A stretch of 64,000 nt of DNA from Antedon mediterranea (lineage: Eukaryota; Animalia; Echinodermata). Of this stretch, positions 26,401-38,400 are shown piece by piece. A model generated the notes under the pieces. It searched no databases. It saw nothing but the letters and a program-made list of their open reading frames with translations, and was not told where the DNA came from. Within the stretch, counting starts at the first letter, position 1, and every line of letters begins with the position of its first letter. Position numbers and translations under genes: made by a program. The DNA lies in contig NC_092677.1 of assembly GCF_964355755.1 (NCBI RefSeq), forward strand, positions 12,422,101 to 12,486,100. Reading direction: 5' to 3'.

Positions 26401-29400
26401 TCAAATATCGTTGTTTTATTATTAAAATACCATTGTTTTGATTGTAAAATGTTTAAATTTTGGCCTAGAAATAAGTGCGTCTTATGCATCGACTACATAC
26501 AAAATACTAATATTTCAGTCTCCGTTATGGGTGCGTCTTATACACAGGTGCGACTTGTACACCGAAATATACGGTACTATTTGTTTTTTATGTTTATAGG
26601 ATAAGAAATTATTTAAGGGCCTAATATAATATACTTTTTTGCAACAATAAAGCTGTATTTCATGATCAGTACTACTAACTTCCATAATACTGTACTATAT
26701 AATTTCTCTGCATAACTCTCTGTAAGCTTATTAAAACAACCGAAATTGCTCTGATAGCCAAAGCTTCCAGGGGCCTTCGCCCCCTGGACCCCGACCGGGG
26801 GCCCTTGGCGGCCCCCTGGCCCCCAGCCTACAGATGCTCGCTGCGCTCGCAAAATACTTGGTGTCAAGAAAACCCCCCTCTGATGCATTCTGGCTACGGG
26901 CGTGCCCCTTAATACTGGTTCTACTACAGGTATATTGAAACAAAAGGTTTTTCAAAAGTATTATCTTTTACATTATTTAATTATTGTGCATTAATTAATA
27001 TTAATTTTAAAAAGTATACAAAAACATAGGGAAATATGATATTGTTTACAAGTAATAATTTTTAATAAACATGGTTGAATAAAGGTCAAACAGATGAATG
27101 TTTCACAATACCTCTACCTGTATTGGTAATTCAACTTAATAACATGATGATTAATTGTTTTTGTTTCTTACTATTTCATAAAAACAATGCTCAACAAGCA
27201 CGCCTACAGGATATGTTTGTAAACAAACATTCTGGATGGAGTGACACTTAGGGAAGTACAATTGGATTAAGTCTTATTATCATTTAGATATGAAACATTT
27301 TTGTATACTGTATTATTGATTCAGATATAAGCCCATACCCCTAAAACTAACTGATATAAGCTAAGTTTAGCTTTAAGCCCAGATTAGTATTGGCTAAAAA
27401 TAGTGACTTAATAAAGAAGTTGAAAACGTAAATTATTCTTGTTAGTCATTTGTTGTATGTTGGATCTCTTCCCTGGTTTTACCAAACCAAAAAAACAGAT
27501 CTAGTCACATTATGTTTGACACCCTTTTCCATTTAATTGACACTGAAACAACATCCATTGAATAGAATTTGTTCATTATAGACCTCTATCTATTTTGTGC
27601 CTAACTTACCTGGATAAACCAATATTTTAATAGCCTGTACTCTTCCGAGGAAGTATTAATACTTGAAGAAAGATAAAAGTTCCTTTAACATTCCCTTGCA
27701 GTAAGGAGTGGATTTGTGACTTGGTGGTTATGATGCTTGGCTACCATTCCAAGGGTCCTGGGTTCAAGTCCCGTCACATGTCAGGATTTCTTCTAAGGAC
27801 CAAATTACAACTCCACTCCCAAAGACTTGTAATAAGACTTTGTTTATGTAGAGCATCTTGTGTATATTGTCTTGTGAACCTCTGAGGGTCCCTAATGATC
27901 AGCATTAGCTGGATGGATCACCATCATTAAATATGGTTAAAAAAAAAAAAAAAAAGAAGAAGACCAACATGAATTATTTTAATCATTGATAATCAATGTA
28001 TTCTTTGTTTTTGTATAACTGTTAACATAACAAACATAAACAAAAATTGTTCTATTATTTTAGTTTTTATTGTTTTCTAATTGGCCTACTTCCTAGTCTG
28101 TTCACACCTCAGCATGTATTTATCAGCTGATTATATACAATCGTAACTGCGTGTGGCGGATGTCGTACCAAGTCCTATCAGAGGATTGTGGTCGGCCTTG
28201 GCTTCCTGCATGCCGACCTCTCGTCATAGATTTACTGATTCATTCATTTATAAGATCTTGTATGTAAAACTTCTTTGTGATTACATTTGTCTGGAGTTTT
28301 TCTATATCAGGTGTGACTGTTGTTTCCTTGGGTAATTAAAATTATTAAGTTAATTTTTGAATCATCAATTGTAATTAATTTTTAATTAGGTTTTATCTAT
28401 TGTTATTTTACCAATTGTTTTATTCAAGTTTTGTTGGGTAATATTTTTTCCCCATTTTTTAAGCTTAGTCATAATGTTGAGGCTATTATTGCTCTTTAAA
28501 AAAATATTGTTCTATGAACACAATGCTTGTCACAGTCTTAATTCTTTCACTGAATTTTACTTCTTTTTGGCTCTTTTCGTACAATATCTTGTTTATTTGT
28601 TTACTATATTAGATATCTTTGATCTCATATTTGTTATTATAGGAAATGTTACTGTTTTTATATTTATTTTTTTAAATAAATTTGTTTTGAAAATGTTTGT
28701 TGTTTTTAAAAGTAGAACAGGTATGGTAGTAGGTGTCTGGTGTAATTGTCTGCAGTCTCTGTCGTAGATTGAGCATTTTAGCCACCACATGACATGATGT
28801 GACCCTTGAGGCAATACCATCATACTATTTGAATCACCTTACTTACATCAGCCCATAAAATTATGTATAATAATTTTGCAGGTACAATGTCATATTGAAC
28901 GTTTACATATTATGTAAATGTAGATAAATAACTTTCGTTAGTATAGGGTTATGAACATAGTATTACAGATACAATTATAAATACCTGTTAGTACACACAC
29001 CCTAGTATCTATATATAAATTATGAATGTAAATTTATTTAAATGTAGCAAGCTAGCCCACTTGCCACACCAATTACATTTAAGTAGTTGGGCTGCTAAAC
29101 TGACTGTATTTTAATTTTTTGTAGAGTAGGCCTATATTTAGATTAAAAAATTTACCTACGTTATATTTACTATGTTTTTCGGCGTTTGTTATGATGATAT
29201 CATGTATTTTAAATACTTGAAAGCATATAGTAAACATTGTGTTACTTAATGACACAATAATGTCTACAACATGACCATTCCCTGTGTTCAATATAGACTA
29301 AACCAGCAACTAAATTTATGACTCACGACTCTTATTTTTTAATTGCGGATTTGGCGAGATACAGTGTTGATGAGAGATTGATATCTTACGATGACTTCGT

Positions 29401-32400
29401 TATATTTAATCAAATTCAATAGCTTTTGTTTCTTGACTACTAATCTATTTTGATTAATACGACTGAGATAGTTCGTTAAGGTAAGATAAGATTCATTGTC
29501 ATTGTATCGGTCATCACCCCGAGAACTATGAATTTGTTCTCATCTTTGAGGCAATCCAAGGAAGTTTAATTTTTCGAAGAGTTTATATAATTAAGGTTCG
29601 ATATCAAAGGTATCTGTACCTGTATTTAATACTTCTTAATAAACTGTGTCCTATCAATATGGGTTTGCCTTAGTATTTAAACACATTGATTGTTTAATAA
29701 AAAAAAGGCAGTGTCTGTTTGAATGGAGTGGTTCTACGTATCATATTTTTTGTTGTATTGCAAAATATGTATATAAATTGAGAATGAATGGTTATTTTTA
29801 ACGGACTGAATTCAATTTTGATGATAATATTATTATACAAAGATTTACTAATCTTCTTTTGTAATAGTTTGATGTACAAACAATGCATTTTGATCTATTT
29901 TGACAAACAGGAGTTAACCAGCCATTGTTTTATAATTGTAGTAAATTTCGTTTGTGATTACAAAAATACAATAAGATAAGTGTTGGGAGGGCTTTTGTTC
30001 TTGTAAATAACTAGGGTTTTTAACGCACTTTGATATAGATTACAGACAGATATGTTGTATCGTGTTCAGCATGACAAGATCTATTCTCGTTGATTAAGCA
30101 TCACACGGTCGTTTCTTTGTAGAATTACTTCCACACTCTACCTCACCCCAGCTGTTACATAACGACCCATCAAACCTAGGCTGCCTTCCAAATAACTTAA
30201 TCATTTCTCATCTAATACGATCTGTATTTAGTTATCTAATTTCATTTTTTTGCTTTTGCTTCAGCTGAATCTACGACAACTGCCATGCGACGAGGGCTGG
30301 CCGCTCTGCCACGATGGGAATATAATCATTCATTTATGTGAACTAGCATGCAAAGAATTACGGCCAGGGGATTTTTATTTTTACGTGAAGGAAGTTAGCG
30401 AAGATACGCTACTAATTTCTTTGAAATATTACGTTGATCAAGAAGTACATGACATACTTTTACCACCGGATTCTTTTGAGATAGTTTTTACCATGGAGTG
30501 GATGGAAAGCGTAAATGCAAACATACCAACACGGTCAGAATCCGAGACCAATTTGGAAAAACTTGTTGTTGGAAATGAAAACGGTTTGAAACGCCTTGAT
30601 TGGAAGGACGTTGTATCGCCCTCGACACTTGAACGCAAGCCAAATAGGAAATCAAAAATTCCGCGGCCAAAATTATCTGAATCTTCTGCACCATCCTCAC
30701 CGAAAATAAACAGTAAAATTCCACGACCGAAAGCGCAGCTGGTCGAAGGTCAAGTGAAGGTGCAAAGAAGCGAATCTCTGACATCACAAAAACCGTCCCA
30801 AAGTCCAAAACGTTACGGGAGTTTGCAACGGAATAGTCAGGAACGATTATCATCACGTTTACCGCGGAGAGATGGATCCTTAAATAGAAGTGGTAAGTAA
30901 CCATTTGTGTAATTCATCTTGACAGAAAAATTTATGCACATTATTTTTATAGAATTATAAATGGCGCCAGGAACTCTGGTATGGATGGTACATTGGCATT
31001 GTGCAATTTTTACCAATTTACATTGATATTTCTTTAACTTGTGTGTGTTTAGATAACTTATATACTTTCCCTCCTTCTTGTATTGATTAGTCAAATTATT
31101 GATATTAATAATTAATTAACCACATTAACATCAATATCAATTAATTATATTAACAAATTCAAATTTATTTTAACTGGCTCCCACCAAATTTCGAAAACAA
31201 AATGTTATAATTTATAAAACCTGCCCTAACAACCAAGCAACTCAACAAAAACTACTCCTATAAAAAAAATCCTGGATCCTGAATAATTATATAAAAAATC
31301 TATATTTTTAAATTAAAAAAATATTTAATTAACTACAAGAAGAATTATAAAATATTAATCTGAATTAATTCAATAAAATTATTCTGCATATAATAGTATA
31401 CGTTTTGAAATATGTTTGTTTTTTGTTAAAGTACAACATGTGTACAAGGTTGTTAACTGGTTAAAAACAATAACAATTATTTGTTTTGTTCAATATGGAT
31501 TTAATTTGATCCAATTCAATGTTTGTTTATAAGCTCAGTCTAATCCTATTAAATACTATTAGCAAAGTACTTTGATTGTTCTTAGATGTTTCTACCTATT
31601 TTGCAATAGCGCTATATAAACATGAAGTGGTTTGTCGGTTTTATTGATTTATTGAAAAATGTTCCAAATTTTAAAAATACTTTTGGATTATAAGCTATAA
31701 CCCATGGGAGCTAAGATCATATCGTTGAAGGTGGTAGGAGTCTGTGAAGTGGCCCCCCTTGGGGATACAATATGTACCACGTGTTTGGGCCTAATCAGCT
31801 TAGCCATGTTTGACAGCATAACAAACCTGTAGTGAATAACATACAGTCGATCTGCACTTGTTCGGTGGTATCGATTGATCCTGGCCTTTTGTGTGCCTTG
31901 TGTTGATATTTTATCCTGCGGGCATTATGGATCAAACCATGGATATGAGGAGAGAGATCCATAGAACTTTATTAGGATGGAATACAAATGGAAGGAATAA
32001 TTTAAACTCAAGATCAGGTAAGGGGAATATTATTTAGAGAGGCAGGTAAAAAACAATGGGTTTTGAGAGGTTCAATGCTAAGGCATTGAGACGATAGTGT
32101 TAGCTACAATTAGGCCTATTGTTGATGAAGAAAACAAAGCCTGGGTCCAGCCAGGTGGTATGAGTCTCGACTCCACCGTGATCGACCGCCTGAAATAACG
32201 ATGAAAGAACACAATTTTACAATAATTCAAGCCTTATTGTAATTTAGAATTAAATGTTACTAAATTTGCATGCAGTATTTATTAGGTATTACTTAAAAAA
32301 ACAATAAAAGTTTGAAAGAGCCCAACAATGAATAGTTTATTATAACTAATATTTAAGATATGAAATTCATTTTATGCCATTCAATTATTTTTTAATTCTA

Positions 32401-35400
32401 TCAATTCACACATTTCACAATTAAGAGATTTTATTTACGTTAAAAAGAAACTTTGAAATTCTATTTTAGAGAATTTATTACGTTTAAAAGAGGCGTAAGG
32501 GATTTTATTTTGAGATTTTAGAGAATTTATTGTAATTGTTTTTTATGATAATCAAAAATTCTTCAATCAAAATTGTGATGATATTTTAAATATAAATTTA
32601 AAAACAAAAGGCCAAGGATGCATCAATTTCTTTTTTAGTTTTAAATTTTAATTCTAAAAATTCTAATAATGTTTAATGCATTTTTCTTTAAATTTGGACT
32701 GGAATCGGACTTCTCTAACTAAACCAGTAAACATACTACTTAGGTGAACAGATTGTTTATCTTGACAGAACAGTAAATTTGTTTTTTTTTTTAAAAGAGA
32801 AGTTTCTATCTAATTTAATCTTCATGAAAATTAAGTCATTATAAAATGACCTTACCAATCGTAATAAAATTTAGATTATATCTATCTTCAAATTATAACA
32901 TTTTTTATTCACACACTTTGTTAGCCAGCTTGTTCATTACACTTCTTGACCATGTTTGCTGATCAAACTGTTAAAGCAAATTGTCCCATTACGATATTGA
33001 CATACCAATTGACCTTCTAATTGGGAGGGTCTGTTGTAGGAAGCCAGGCCTGGGAAGAGCTTGGATGTAAAAATCTGTCGGTAGTTTCAAAGATCCACCG
33101 AGGAATGTAATAAATTGATGGAATTCAACCAAAACTATGAATGAAGTGATCATAATTATGAAATTGCATCTGTTTTTGATGTTGTCTTTACGAAATTAGG
33201 TTACTGTAGGAGATGGGGAAAAGCATTTAATTCAAATATTAAAACAGTATTGGTGGGCAGAGAAGAAGACAGGAGACCTTCTCTCTTTTTTCATATTTCC
33301 ATACAACCAAAGCGCAAACAACAAAAGGAAAATAAAGATTATGTTGTTTTACTGTATTTAATATGATCTCTAATAAGCTAATTTGCCAACCTTCATTTTT
33401 TACTACCACAAAATTCTTAGAAGTCCAAACCAGAAAATGTTTATAGGGAGTAACTGTTCATAGAATTTGATACATTATCCGAACCATGTGTATAAAAATG
33501 AATAAATCTTACAGTATATTGACTAAAACTAATATTAAATATTGTTATGATTTTCACATAAAGAAATAGAATGCCCTTTGAAATAATCCTACCCACCTTA
33601 ATTTAAGCTACTTAGGACACAAAATGTTTGTATACTCCATGTTAATGTATTTTTTACATACAATACTGTGTATTTTTTTAAATATATTTCTTTTAGGCAG
33701 ATTAACCAATTTACTATAGCACAAGCTAAATTTTTAAAATGTGTCAAAAATGTATGTGGAGGTAACCTATTTTCAGAATAATTCTTTGTTTTCCTTTTAT
33801 TTTATAAACCGATAGTGTGTCACCGACCCACAATTTCGGCGTTATTTGAACTCTAGATTCAATATTATTCAATAACAATAATCGTTTACAAAAACAAATG
33901 ACCTAGTATACAAATGAATTACTAACGTTCCAGTATGCATACAGGTTTTTAGCTGGGGGGGAAGATTCACACGTTACAGATGGCTTTACGTTGAACTTTC
34001 CTGACGAAAATTAAATTATAAGATCTGTGTGGTTTGTGTGTGGTTAGGGGGCGAGGCTGTTGCCCGAGGGGTGTGGTATTGATCCACAGTAAACGTCTTT
34101 ACATTGATACTTTAGTATTAAAGGTGTTATTCATAGCTGGGTAACTGTTTCTTATTCAAACTGTAGTATTAATTTCATCACTGTAGTAATATAATTGTAT
34201 AGTCTTTGAGATGGTTAAGTGAAGTCAGGTTTACGCTAATAAAGACGTATTATCCGGCAATTACTTGTTGTTGACCTAACACAGAAGGGCGATTGTTGAA
34301 AGTAACTGATGTTTGTTGATATAGGATTCTTCTAAAAAGATGTTACTATATTTTTAATTAACCTGAAAGTGGCATTTATTTTGGAATATTTGTTTTTTAT
34401 ACACGGGTTATAGATCCAGTGTAAACACCATGTACAGTACCTCCTTCCATCTGATGAGAACACAATACATCGTTGTGTGTGGAATAATGTGTTTGCGATT
34501 TTCTTTTTGAAATAACATATTTGTTTTTTATAGTAATCAATGGTGTTAATACCAACAAAAAGTTCTCAATTCTTGCCTGTGTTATAACATAGCATTGGGT
34601 TGGCCAATCAGGCTCAATCTGTCACAATTCGCTTCTTAATGTTCTTCTTTATCATGTTTTGTTTTGTCTAAAACCTCTTGTTTTAGGAATTTTTTATTTT
34701 CCAAAATCATCTACTGTACACATGCTTACATACTATAATGACTAGTTTGATTTCAACAAAATTTGAAAGTATTTGGTTATAGTTAGAGAAACTATCACAA
34801 CACCAATTTGTTTGTGAGCATGTGCAATATACAGTCAGCCTGCCCTTGTACAGTACACCTATTACTCCATATTTTATTTTAATACAGTATCATCTACAGT
34901 TATACAGTATTTTCAAAGATTTTTAATATTAAATTTGTTGTGAAACATGACACAAACTCAAGTTTTAAGTTTAAAATAAATTTGAATATACCTAAATACT
35001 GGATATTTAATTATATTCTTACGCAAGACACTAACTCAATACCCGAGGATGATGAGAGCTGTTCTAGTATTGAGGATCTCCACCAAGCAGGTAACAAAAT
35101 GGAAAATGTATTGTAATTTAGTCATTAGTTGTCATTTTCATCTGTGATAGCTAACACTACTGTATGTGTGATTTTAGAATAGAAATAATACTTGTTTAAA
35201 GCCAATTTTCCACTAGGCAAATTTGTTCGCGCAAATCAAAAGCATCAGCTTACAGTATGCATGCGTATTCATGTTTCCATCTTCCAAATCCTTCTGTACG
35301 CATGCATATAAGCTGACACTTTCGATTTACACAACTAAATTTGCATAATGGAAAATCGTCTCAAATGTGTATACTACGTACAAGCACTGTTTTAAATGTA

Positions 35401-38400
35401 TAAACCGTCCTTAAATAAATCGTTACTAATAATCAACAGACCCATTCTTAAATATTTTTTATTTGTAAAGTAATTCTTTAATTACATGTAGGTTGAGTGT
35501 TCCCGTTCCAGGAATTGTACTTCCCTTTGAGATTTGTGGTTGTGATTTATTAGACCGTTTAGTGCTTGTTGTATTTGCATGCTTTTAATGAAAGACATTT
35601 TTTGTGATGTTGTACAGTATACATGATACAATGATTATTCCATTCATTGCATGGTCAAGCAAGTATGTCAATGTGAAAAATTAAATGTTCATTTAAGTCA
35701 ACAAAATATATATTTTTTCTTAAAACTAGCAAACCGACCGATATTACCAATCTAAACTATTAATAATAAAAGTAATACTTTTTAGCTAATTTGTCTGGCT
35801 GTTTTATTTTATCGTTTTGATTTAGCATTTTGCTTATTTTATTTTGTATCTCCATTGAGATCCAGCCACTGATACCAAAAGCATTATTTTCAGTAATTGC
35901 CTTTTGAATAATACAATTTTATGTTACTGTGTATTGTGTCTGAGCCAATAAAAGTGGCCAGTAATTGGAGGGAATCTCTAATTGGAAGGAGTCAATAATT
36001 AAAGGAAGACCTATAAAGCCAATAGCAACTATTAAACCATATCAATCATACCTAGATAACAGTCCTAATTATTTAGTGCAATTTCCTACGACTCTCGAAT
36101 TACGAAAAGTCATAGCGCTCAGTGATATCATCTAACTACTTGGCTGAGACATCTTCTATTTCAAGAGTTTTAATAAAGCACGCAAAGAACCAAAGACATA
36201 TTAGCAATGGTTTACTGACAACCATATTATGTTATATGGTATGACATCTTGAAAACATTCTGGAAATAGTTGGTTTTTATTTATAAATGAAATTTTGTTT
36301 TTAGTTTTAGTAAATTATAATTCCTTTTGCACATTTTTATTTCATAATTTACTGTGTTGAAAAGTTACTGTAGCATGGTAAATAGGATACAATCAATGCT
36401 TGTTTAATATCTTACACCATGTACCGTATATATGTATATATTATTATTCAATAAAGATCTGAAAACCTGTTGTATTATTCAATATGATCCTATATAAAGA
36501 CAATACAAAATATAGAAATTAAATGCAAGAGTATCAATCAGATAATCATATACAAACATTGCAATAAAGACCATAATTTGCATAGAAAATGAAAACTGTT
36601 GGCTAATACCTAAACTGACCACTGATAACGATGATGGACAAACAGGAAAGAATACAGATTGACCGATAACCATGTTTATAAATTGAAATTGTCTTTACTT
36701 TTGTTTTCAAACTGACCTATCAGTCGTTATGGCCACAATATTGACCAGAGGGCTGATTAACTTAATGAAATGATTGACAAAGTGACCTCGGGTTAAAGAT
36801 GACCTCATACAATAAGGGTAGACGTATCTTGTCATAATTTTAAAATCATACTAATTTATTTATTACGCATGTATCCTCAGGTCTGGGTGCCTTTCGTAAT
36901 TATACTGTACGTACTTGATACGTACACTTGACTCACAAGTTTTAATTTATGAATTTTAACTAGCAGAACAATAAAATATTTTGTCACATGAATCAAAATG
37001 CCCGGATGTGAAAGATGTGTGTTGAAGCCAATACCAAAGAGAATATACATTCTAAACCCTTACAATGTGGTTTTATCCATAGAATTGCGACGTAGCGGTA
37101 GGAGCAAATCGATGCAAGGTATCGACAGAAAGCGGCTGACGGCCGATAAAAAGAGGAGAGAGAAGATGTCGCCAATGGAGAGGTTAGGACCTCCAAAGAC
37201 GTTGATGGAAGTTGATTTTGAATTGGTTCATTCTGGTGCTTTTTGTCTTACAAGTATGTATCTGTTATTTTTTGTTTGTTTTAAAGACAAAAAGAAAATC
37301 TAAATAAATAGTTTACAGATAGGTCTGTAGTATAGAGATAAAATACAAGAGTGACAACTCCAACTTTTGTCTTCTTCTTGGCCCTACAATTAGACCACTG
37401 GAGCTTGATCTCAAAGTGGTATACAGCAGCCTATCTTCCCTTTGTGAAGTGCACAAAACCAATTATTTTAGAGTCAATTTCATTGGTTTTCTATTTTCTT
37501 GCTTAATTTTAACCGTGCCCAAGCTGACCCTGTGATCTTTTGTTACTATTTTATTTTAGATTTTATTGACAATTTCTTCTTCCAGATTTAAGAGTAATTG
37601 AAACTGTCAATCAAATAAACTTGAAGACATTCAATTTTTATAAAGTTCATAAAAACTGAAACAAAAATTGACCAGCATTCTGACGCCTCATAAATGACAA
37701 GTAAATAGAAAGTCGTCAAATAGGCAATATAAATATTGATGGGTTCATTACTACAGACTTTCTGCCTAATTGTTGGGGGCCTTACAAGAGAAGGAGTTTC
37801 AGTTGTAAAGGTTCTAAAATACAGATTGTTGTACAACAAGTGGTTCAATAAACTAATGAAGTGTAGTGAAAACACCAGCTATTTAGCGCTGTCTACAGTA
37901 CACTATCAAACTAAGCATGATGTGCCCAAATGGTTGTAACATCATCGCGTCCATGGGTACATCACTTTTTTTTTGTTAGATAGTTTGACCATATTTAATG
38001 AGTGTGATCCATCCAGCAATTGTTGATCATTAGGGACCCTCAGAGGTTCACAAGACAAACGTATACACAAAACGTGGAGTAAAGACACAAAATGCTTTAC
38101 ATAAACAAAGCCTTATTACAAGTCTTTGGGAGTGGAGTTGTAATTTGGTCCTTAGAGAAAATCCTGACATGTGACAGGACTTGAACCTAGGACCCAGGAG
38201 TGGTAGCCAAGCATCATAACCACCAAGCCACAACTCCACTCAAAACCAATAATTTGGTAATGTGAAATAACTTAAATCCAAGCTTTATTTTTTAATCTGA
38301 ATTTATATGATTATCTACACCTTACAATGAAGGAGCCTCTTCTATTTTTCTTGATATTCATATCCACGTTTTTTTATTTAATTTTTTTGTATTCTGCTTT

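Larger units (their letters stand above)
24613..26928. mobile_element. CAGTAGAACC-family MITE interrupted by nested insertions
   Basis: Left end cagtagaatctcc. Removing 25057-26904 and one TSD restores gtgtccccttaatactggttctact, the inverse of the family terminus. Confidence 0.75.

Noticed and set aside
27603-27615. U1 snRNA 5' end (acttacctgg)
   Set aside because: Similarity stops after about 10 nt, and the motif is part of an old MITE terminus.
27710-27780. tRNA gene
   Set aside because: The A/B boxes are followed by a shared ~170-bp body, a poly(A) tail follows in this copy, and three diverged copies exist, so it is a SINE head.
28153-28335. GC-richer block with short ORFs as an extra coding exon
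   Set aside because: I found no acceptor/donor pair giving the phase 0 needed to join exon 30265, and exons 2 and 3 already join in register with the family alignment.
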